Shown here piece after piece: positions 11,752-21,900 of a stretch of 64,000 nucleotides of DNA. The stretch's first letter is position 1, and every line of letters begins with the position of its first letter. This stretch comes from Octopus sinensis (Eukaryota), in the NCBI RefSeq assembly GCF_006345805.1, contig NC_042999.1:155000001-155064000 (forward strand). Direction: 5' to 3'. The notes beneath the pieces were generated by a model. It was not told where the DNA came from, ran no database searches, and worked only from the letters and a program-made list of their open reading frames with translations. A program made the position numbers and the translations under genes.

Positions 11752-12480
11752 TTATCATCATCATTGTTTAACATTTGTTTTCCATGCTGGCACTGGAGAG
11801 CCAGATGGCTGCACCAGGCTCCAATCTGATCTGGCAATGTTTCTACAGCTGGATGCCTTTCCTAATGCCAACCACTCCGAGAGTGTAGTGGGTGCTTGTT
11901 ACATGCCACCAGCACAGGAGCCAGTCAGGCGGGCTTGGCATCGATCATGTTCAGATGGTGCATTTTACATGCCACCAGCACAAGAGCCAGTCAGGTGGTA
12001 CTAGCATCGGCCACAATCAGTTGGTGCTTTTTACATGCCACCTACATGAGAGCCAGTCAGGCAAAACTGGCATTGACCAGATGGTGCTTTTTACATGGCA
12101 TCGGAGCCAGTCTGGGAGTACTGGCATCAGCCATGTTTGGTTGGTGCATTTTATGTGTCACTGGCACGAGAGCAAGTCGGGGAGTACTGGCATCAGCCAT
12201 AATCGGTTGGTGCTTTTTACGTGTCACTAACATGGGAGCCAATCAGGCAGACCTGGCATCGAACACATTTGGATGGTGTTTTTTACATGTCACCGGCATG
12301 GGAGCCAGTCAGGTGATACTGGCATCGGTCACAATCAGTTGGTCCTTTTTACGTACCACCAGCACGCGAGCCAGTCAAGCAGGCCTGGCATCAGCCATGA
12401 TTGGATGGTGCTTTTTACGTGCCACCAGCACAGGAGCCAGTCAGAAGGTACTGGCATCGGCCACGATCAGTTGGTGTTTT
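11752..12480 (-). mobile_element. (GAT)n-tailed retroelement (family C) with an internal 66-bp minisatellite of about 9 units
   Basis: ATCATC tail; GGTGC/GGTGT/GGTCC unit starts at 11891, 11957, 12023, 12083, 12143, 12209, 12275, 12341, 12407 and 12473. Confidence 0.85.
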
Positions 12481-12900
12481 TGCCACTGTAATAATAATCT
12501 TTTATGCTGTAAGCACTAGGCATGGAATTTTAAGAGAAGGAGCTAATCAATGAAACAGACCCCAGTACACAACTGGTACTTATTTTATCGACACTAAAGG
12601 CATGAAAGGCAAAGTTGACTTTGGCAGAATTTGAACCCAGAATGTAAAAACAGACAAAATGCTGCGAAGCATTTTGCCCAGCATGCTAATGATTCTGCCA
12701 GCTTGTCACCTTTTTATTGTCAATATTTATGAATTTATCCTTTGACCTTTTCTGTGTTTGAATCTTTTGAAGGTATTGCTATGACAGACAATCTTGACAG
12801 CTCAGTAAAAATATTTTAAAGTCATTATGTCTATTTACTTGTTATATTCTCAGTTAATTAATTGTTTTCTTTTCTTTTTTTTTTGTTAATTTCAGCAATA

Positions 12901-12933
12901 ATGAGTTGGTGTGAAGATATCTCTCTATTGTAA
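12901..12933 (+). promoter_or_regulatory. Upstream ORF (MSWCEDISLL*) in the BLZF1 5' UTR, in frame with the main ATG
   Basis: ATG AGT TGG TGT GAA GAT ATC TCT CTA TTG TAA, 5 nt after the 12895 acceptor; stop 36 nt before ATG 12970. Regulatory function is inferred. Confidence 0.55.
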
Positions 12934-12969
12934 TATCAATATCGAAATAAGCAGAGAAAAAAGTAAAAA

Positions 12970-13278
12970 ATGAAAGGTGCTAAGGGCCAACGCAAGTTAG
13001 TGAAAGCTAACATTGCAGATGGTTCTACCATCATCGTTAAACATCCACAACCAAAACACAGTAACCAAATAAATTCCAAATCTAAAAAGGAGCCAAATAA
13101 TCTGAGAACCTCCACTGCTTTTAGCAACCCTCAACCAGAACAGGGTATGGATTTGTCTGTGGTGCCAAATAATTCCCATCCGTCCTCATCTTCCAGTAGT
13201 TCTATTGTCTATACAAAAGCTAAGAGATACTCAACAGAGCCTCTGTCAGACTCACTAAATTCCAGTGGACAATTACAG
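12970..13278 (+). CDS. BLZF1: BLZF1 coding exon 1 (exon probably begins at 12896 after acceptor; MKGAKGQRK...SSGQLQ)
   Basis: Long polypyrimidine tract ending TTTCAG at 12895; ATG at 12970 preceded by an in-frame stop; donor CAG|GTAAGT at 13279; phase 0 joins the next exon. The protein here is Ser-rich and not recognisably conserved, so support comes from splice sites and phase. Confidence 0.8.
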
Positions 13279-15437
13279 GTAAGTCTTCATTTATTAAGCT
13301 TGGTAACGAAGGGCTTTTAATTTATCACCTTTATCATCTTTTTAATACACACTTTCTTATGTTTGCCTGGTTCAGATTGAACTTGTTGAAGAGTTTCCAC
13401 AGCTAGATGCCCTTATCACCAGCCCTCACCTGTTCCAAGTAAGGACACTGCTTGCATGATGGTGACATTCATTCACAACTATCACACAATGTCAGGGCAA
13501 AGAGGAATGCAAACATACATACATACATACATACACACACATATATATGTGTGTTATAACACTATTCCACATACACAAAAACAGCAATACTGACAATCCA
13601 TCATACCTCCATCATCAGCTGCCTCACGGATATCATTATGGTTTTGACACACATATATATATATACATACATATGATGCAATCCATGGATTCCTCTGACC
13701 CTGTGAAACCCTCCAGACCATACCAATGTGGAACATTAGTATTAAATGATGACGATGATGATGGTATATATGTAAATATGCATTTGTTTGTTCCCTCACC
13801 CCACCCATCTTCACCACCACCATCACTTAACAACTAGTGTTGGCTTCTTTACACAGCCCCTAACTAAGTGGTTTGGCAAAAGAGTAAGTACCAGACTTAA
13901 AAACTGAAGAATTGGGGGTCAATTTCTTTGACTAAACCCTCTAAGCCTCTGCCCCTGCATTGTTGTAACCCTGTGTTTGACTGAAATCGATAAAGGTAAA
14001 AAATTAAACATTGTGTGTATGTGTATGTATGCAGTTGTGCTTTTGTATTTATTTGAATCTGTATGACTCAATAACATGATCAATGCCAGGCCTGCCTGAC
14101 CTTGCTCCTGTGCACGTAAAAAGCACCATGCAAATGTGATCAATGCCAGGGCGCCTGACTGGTTCCCATGCCCGTGGCATGTAAAATGCACTATCCGAAC
14201 GTGATTGATGCCAGGCCCGCCTGACTGGCTCCCATGCCGGTGGTATGTAAAAAGCACCATCCAAATGTGGCAGATGCCAGTGCCTCCTGATTGCCTCCCA
14301 TACCCTTGGCACATAAAACACACTATCCAAACATGATTGATGCCAAGCCCACCTGACTGGCTCCCGTGCCAGTGGCGCATAAAAAGCACCCTCTGAACAT
14401 GATCAATGCCAGGCCCACCTGACTGGCTCCTGTGCCAGCGGAATGTAAAACTCACCCACTATACCCTCAGACTGGTTGGCGTTAGGAAGGGCATCCAGCT
14501 GTAGGAACATTGCCAGATCAGATTGGAGCCTGGTGCAGCCGCTGGCTCTCCAGACCTCAGTCAAACCGTCCAACCCATGCCAGCATGGAAAGTGGACATT
14601 AAACGATGATGATGATGATGTGTGTGTATTTTGTGAATTGGTTGTAAACAAACGCTTCACTAATGGTATCATTTTCTTGCTGTCTCCCACAAAAACATTT
14701 CCTCGCTTCTTGACATGTTGCGAACAAAAAACCTCATTTCTCCACATGAGCTTGTCTAAGCTGTTTTGTTGTTTGATTGACTGGGAGATTATTATCTCAA
14801 TTACACACAAGTAGGGGTTAGCAATAAGAAGGCCATCTATTTATAGAAAACTCAACTCCAGCATATTCACATTAGGTCCATGCACGCTTGGAAAAAGTAC
14901 ACATGATATATATATATATATATTTATAGTTAATCCAAACAAGAAAGCACAAAAAAACACAACAATGTGAGGACGTGGAACAAATATAGTATTATTGGAT
15001 GCTCAGGAAAGAAGGAGGGTTTAACGTTTCGAGTGGAGCACTTCATCGGAAACATAGAAGGAAAGATCCAGAGAAGGGAAGACAGAGGAAAAAAAATCGC
15101 CAACGGTACACACACAGTCACATATATATTGTAGTTGCTAAAGGGATAAATGAATTACAATCACATACAATCCAATGACCCCACTATACTCCATGTGATT
15201 CTTAGAAGTGTAGTCTATTCTTAGCTACAATAGTGGCAACATGAATTTCTTCCATATGCTTGTTCTGTTTAAATATTTGAGACAAATTATATTAATGTGT
15301 CCTACTTGTTCAAATTTCATTTATTTATTTGTGCAGCTGCATTTAAATTGATGTAATGATTGCATTGTTCAATTAAATGGAGCCACTTGAAATGGTTGTA
15401 CTGCATTACTACTTGACATTCTGTTGCTTATTTTGAT

Positions 15438-15472
<35 letters not shown>

Positions 15473-15964
15473 CATAATTAAATCTCAGAATGAGATTGAA
15501 ACAGTAATCGCTCGATAATGTAAAGTATAGAAGCCATCTTATCATGGCTAACCACATAGGGGAGGGGGTGTTACTGTAGCTTTATAGCCCCAAGAGATCG
15601 TCGTCTCTAGCTGGCTTTAGACACCATATCAGTGCCCTTGAAGTATGGTGTCTAAAGCCAGCTAGAGACGACGATCTCTTGGGGCTATAAAGCTACAGTA
15701 ACACCCCCTCCCCTATGTGGTTAGCCATGATAAGATGGCTTCTATACTTTACATTATCGAGCGATTACTGTTTCAATCTCATTCTGAGATTTAATTATGC
15801 TATATATCATCATCATCATCATCGTTTAACGTCCGTTTTCCGCGCTAGCACGGGTTGGACGGTTCGACCGGGGTCTGGGGAGCCAGGGGCTGCCCCAGGC
15901 TCCAGTCTGGTCTGGCAGTGTTTCTACAGCTGGATGCCCTTCCTAACGCCAACCACTCCGCGAG

Positions 15965-15998
<34 letters not shown>

Positions 15999-18900
15999 AT
16001 ATTTAATTGGAGGATATGTTAACCTCGTAAAGGGATGGTTACATCCAGGGAAATACTGGTCCAATACCTAGTATTTGTGGGGAATGAAATTCCCTTAAAA
16101 CAATAAGTATATATAAAACATAGAGTTTATATCTAGTAAAATGAAGAAAAAAAAATGGAGAGTAGAAAGTTAATAATTGTTTATTATTAACAACAAATTA
16201 GTCACCTTTGCTTCTTACAGCTGTTTCAATTAATACTCAATAGTCTAATTACAAATTTGTACATTAAATTTGCATTTATGCAACATGAGCGTAATTTCAT
16301 CAGTGAAAAAAGAAAGATGACCCTTGGGATGTTATGTGTGAACCTATCAATTCATTTCAGCAAACTCGATTTGACCAGTTTGTTAATAATAAATAATTGT
16401 TAACTTCCTTATCTCCATTTTCTTTGCTTCTTTTAACCCTTTTGTTACCAACCTGGCTGAAACCAGCTCTGGCTCTGAGTACAAATGTCTTGTTTACATA
16501 AGTTTTGAATTAAAATCTTCCACCGAACCTTAGTCGCAATTTATGTTCTTAACACTAGCTTAATGATAACTGAGTTATTTTACTAAATTCTTTGTGATAT
16601 TTAAAATAATTGAAAGAAACACAGAGCATCTCAAAATAAATACAGTAACAAAAGGGTTAACTAGACGGACGGACACACACACACACATACTCTCATTCAT
16701 TTATTCATTACATACATATATACATACATATGGTGGTTGTCTACTTCTTATGCAGAGTCTAACCACCTCCTCTACCTACACCTTAGATCCATCACAGTTT
16801 CTGATGTGGCTTTTTAACCCTTTAGTGTTCTAATTAATATGTCAAAAGTAATCTTTATTCATTTACATTTAAAAAAAATTAATCTGGTATTATCTTGTAG
16901 CGTCAAGATTTGAAAGATGTAATTGTTGATTTTTAGAATGACATTGCAGGGTAGGTGTGAGATACTGGTTCTGGTCAGTTTGAGCATAAAATGAGTAGAA
17001 TATTTGGGCCGGATATAGCCGGTTTAAACACTAAAGGGTTAAACCAGGTATTGTATTGATAAGATACATAGATTGCATATTTGATTTGGACCACCAAGAG
17101 CTGCAGTTAAGTTCTGATCTTAAATGTCTTTTGAGGCCTCTGTTAGAATCGCAGACCTTAGGGCAATACACAGCATTGAGAGGTGTGCTCATATATATAG
17201 GCAGAATAGTTGGTGGAAGTTCATTTACCATGGGTCCACAAATGGGATTTGCGCGCAGCAAAAGAAAGGCATGGTCTGTCACAAACTGTGCACACAAAAA
17301 AGTCACTGAGATTCACCTTCTCAATCACAACATTCTTCTTTAAATCTCTCGTGAGTTTTGCATGCGTTATCCTGGCCTTTTCAGTGCTTTATATATTACA
17401 GCACAGCTCGTGAAATTAACATGCCTGTGGCTGAGCACTCCACAGACGTGTACCCTTAACATAGTTCTTGGGGAGATTCAGCATGACATAGTGTGACAAG
17501 GCTGGCCCTTTGAAATACACGTACAACAGAAACAGGAAGAAAGAGTGAGAAAAAGTTGTGGTGAAAGAGTATGACAGGGTTTGCCACCACCCTCTGCTGG
17601 AGCCTCATGGAGTTTTAGGTGTTTTCGCTCAATAAACACTCACAACACCCGGTCTGGGAATCAAAATCACGATCCTATGACCGTGAGTCCACTGCCCTAA
17701 CCGCTTTATATATATACAAAGCACTTTAACATTCTTTCTTCATTTATGGTTTGAAAATATTTTTTTATTGTTTTATTTTATTTGATTTTTGGTATTAGTT
17801 TTAGTTCTATAACATTTCATTTTTCTTGAAATGAAATGCCAGAAAAAAATCGTCTTAAAATTGTTCTGTATTTTTCGTATTTTTGTTTCGTGATTAAATT
17901 TGACTAAATTTCAAATTGTAATTAAATTACATTCGAAATTTAATTTAAATTAAATTAAATTTGAAACCAATTCGAAATTTAAATTGAATTTGAAACCAAT
18001 GATTCTACTCAAAAACTGGGTTGCATTCCTGTGATGTGTGTGGTTTGGAAGTGTCGGCTTAGACCACTAGGACCAGTGAAGTCACTAACTCAAAATTCTA
18101 TTTGGATCAGATTCCTCAACTGAGTTGGGATGTAATATCGAGGGTGGAGGGTTTGTGCCAGGGGCTGAGAGGCTAAAGTATAAAGGGAAGGGATGTGTCT
18201 TGTTGTGGAGGAGATACATGGTAACCCCAGCAGAGAAGGGAGAAAAGCTGGTGGGGATGAGGTACTAGGACATACTCTCATACAACAAGAAGATGGATTA
18301 AGAGAGAACAGGGACAAGGGATCGAGGATAGGCATATGGGTAAGTTCACAAGGCTATGAAAGGAGAGTGACAGACGGTAGAGATGCGGAAAGAAGTGAAT
18401 AGAGTGAGTGGTGAATGTGGGTGGAGGTGTGATGAATCCCAGGGTGGGATGGAGGGGTATGTGGCAATACATTAAAGGTGGGGTGGGGTGGGGGTACAGA
18501 GAACAGTATAAGAAAACCGAAGTCTTCATAGTAAAGTTTATTCATTTCTCTTCTATTTTCCAGAGGGTTTTAAAACCTGTGAATGTGGTCGATCCGTTGA
18601 TGGCAACCAGTGTTGATATGACAGTTAGTACTAATAATTCGGATGGTGGCAACCATTCTAATACCGGTGCTGGAGAAACTTTGAGTGGTTCTGTGATACC
18701 ATCTTCCATTTCCCACCTTGATTTAATCAATGGACCAAAATGTTGGAGAGATTCTTGTAATGAAGAAAAGAAATATTTCCAACGAGAAATTGATTCATTA
18801 AGATCCCAGCTAGATGTTCAAGTACAGGTAAGAAAGAATTTCATTTGCTAATCATCACTTTAATTCTCTGTAATTAAATTAATCAACATCAAAATAAAAA

Positions 18901-21900
18901 TTCAAATGGAAATTGTAGTTAACAGACCCGTGCCGGTGACACGTAAAAAGCATCGTCCGAACGTGGCAGATACTAGCGCCGCCTGACTGGCGTCCGTGTC
19001 GGTGAAACGTAAGAGCAACAACCGATCATGGCCGTTTGCCATCCTGCTCCGGCCCCTGTGCCGGTGGCACGTAAAAAACACCCACTACACTCACAGAGTT
19101 GTTGGCATTAGGAAAGGCATCCAGCTGTAGAAACACTACCAAATCAGACTAGAGCCTGGTGCAGCCTTCTAGCTTCCCAGATCCCAGTCGAACCGTCCAA
19201 CCCATGCTAGCATGGAAAGCGGACGTTAAACGATGATGATGATGATATTTGATGTATGTAGGCATAGGTGTGATTGTGTGGTTAAGAAGTTTATTTCCCA
19301 TGCACATGGTTCTTGGTTCATTCTCACTGCATGGCATCTTTGACAAGTGTCTTCTGTAAATCTTGGCTGACCAAAGCCTTGTGAGTGAATTTGATTGGCA
19401 GAAACTGAGTGAGAGAAACCAGTTGTATGTGTGTGTTATCATTATCATCATTTAATGTCTGTTTTCCCTGTTGGCATGAGTTGGATGGTTTGCCAGGAGC
19501 TGACCAGACTCCAGTTGTCTGTTTTGCTATGGTTTCTACAGCTGGATGCCCTTCTTAATGCAGACCACTTAACAATGTGTACTGTGTGTGTGTGTGTTAT
19601 CATCATCTTCATCATCATCGTTTAATGTCTATTTTCCATGCTGGTATGGGTTGGATGGTTTGACAGAAGCTGGGCAGCTGGGAGCTGTCCAGACTCTAGT
19701 TGTCTGTTGTAGCATGGTTTCTACAGCTGGATGCCTTTACTAATGCCAACCACTTTACAGAGTGTGCTGGTTGCTTGTATACCTATGTATGTATGTGTTT
19801 GTGTGTCTCTCTGTCTTGACACTGTGTGGTTGTTATAAATGAGTCACACAGTGTCATTAATTTCCCATATTCTGTGGAAACCTGTCTGGTCATGGGGAAA
19901 TATTCCATTCATCGTTTGCTCTCAAGCACATTGGTCAGCAAGTTGATGCCACTGGTTTCTGCATCCAGCCATGCAAGATTGGCTTCTCTCATGTCAGTTA
20001 TGAATGTTCTGCATCACATAGCTTTCAGTTTTCTTCTGGACACCAATGGTGTCTGTTTGAAATTCATGACTGTTGGCAACAGTAGAAAATCTGCCACAAT
20101 AAACAGCCTAACCCCAGTGGAAAAGTGGATGTTAAAGCAATGATGATGATGATCCTAGTTAACTTCTTAATTGCAATCGGTATATTAACACAAACTTAAC
20201 TAGTGCTGGTGATGGTGCCATGTAAAAAGCACCAATTTCACTCTGTAAAGTGGTTGATGTCAGGAAGGGTATCCAACTGTAGAAACCATGTGAAAACAGA
20301 CTATGGGACCTGGTATAGCCCCTGGCCTTGCCAGCTCCAGGCTTTGCCAGCTCCTGGCTTTGCCAGTTCCTGGCCTCGCCAGCCCTTGGCCTCGCCAGAC
20401 CTTGGCCCCGCCAGACCTTGGCCTCGCCAGACCTTGGCCTCGCCAGCCCTTGGCCTCACCAGCCCTTGGCCTTACCAGCCCTTGGCCTCACCAGCCCTTG
20501 GCTTCACCAGCTCTTGGCCTTGCCAGCTCCTGTCTAACCATCCAACCCACACTAGCATGGAAGTAGACATAAAATTTGGAAACCATGGCTGCCAAAGGCA
20601 ATATAGCACCATCTTGCTGCTGGTTGACTTTTTGCAGTTGTACTTAATTGATTTAACAGATAATCAGTGGTGTGTATCCATAATTAAATCACTTCCCAAT
20701 CACATGGTTTTAGGATCAGTCCTCACTCCTACATCTTTGGCAAGTGTCTTTTATTGTAGCTGCTAGCTGACTAAAGACTTGTGTGTGAATTTAGTTGACG
20801 GAAACTAAACGAAGCCCATCGGTATATGTCGTCATCCTCATCGTTTTAGCGTCCACTTTTCCATGCTTGCATGGGTCAGACGATTGTTGAGACAGATTTT
20901 CTGTAGCTGGTTGCTTTCCCTGTCATCAACTCGCATTGTCCCCAAGCAAAGTAATACTTTCCCATGCTCAGATACGTTTACACAAAAGATTGGAAATGAA
21001 TGACTCATTTATAACAGTCATGTGATATCAAAACAAGGACACACATGCATATGTGTGTGTGTGCACACGCATATGTTTATGTTAAAATTATACAGTCGCA
21101 AACTATAAGTGGTGAAAGTGTTGTCAGTTCATTATCATCATTTAACGTCCGTTACCCATGCTGGCATGGTTTGGATGATTTTAAGAGGACTTTGCCAAGC
21201 TCTAGTGTTTGTTTTGGCATGGTTTCTAAAACGGGATACCCTTCATGTGTGCCAACAAGGGCATGCCTAGAAAGTCAGAAAACAGCACAGCTCCCTTGAC
21301 TTTCGGAAACAGTTTTTCACACTGGAACAAACTGCCTGCATCAGTTGTTAGTTACCGAAATATTGCATCCTTTAAAACCTCCATGCTTCCTGAAATTCGC
21401 CAACACTGCACCTGATGTCCCTCCCTCTTCCATACGCATGCACACATGTATATCATGACTCATACACAGGTCACTTTCCTGACTTTTGTACTTAATTCTA
21501 CGTACTGTACATGCACCTTTGATGAGTTGTAGTGCACATGAAGACTGTACCCAATACTTTCATTATCATTATTTACATTCGACGGATATTTGTCCTCATC
21601 TTGTTTGTTGTTAAACACAACATTTCGGCTGATATACCCTCCAGCCTTCTTCAGGTGTCTTGGGGAAATTTCGAACCTGGGTATATCAGCCGAAACGTTG
21701 TGTTAACAAACAAGATGAGGACAAATATCCGTCGAATGTAAATAATGTACATAATTCCTCATCTCTTAAATATAGAACTGAATTTCATTATCATTATAAA
21801 TCCTTTACTCGCTTCGTTCCTGTGACAACAAGTGAGAGATTCCTTTCTTGAAAAACAGTTAAGGCATGGTACCAGAAAGGGCATCTGGTTACAAATAATG

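Noticed and set aside
11892-12519. 207-aa repetitive ORF and a repeat array superficially like CRISPR
   Set aside because: It is a 66-bp tandem minisatellite inside a retroelement, with no unique spacers, no cas genes and a eukaryotic context.
20203-20766. 187-aa Pro/Leu/Ala-rich ORF
   Set aside because: Produced by the 16-bp minisatellite; no splice or homology support.
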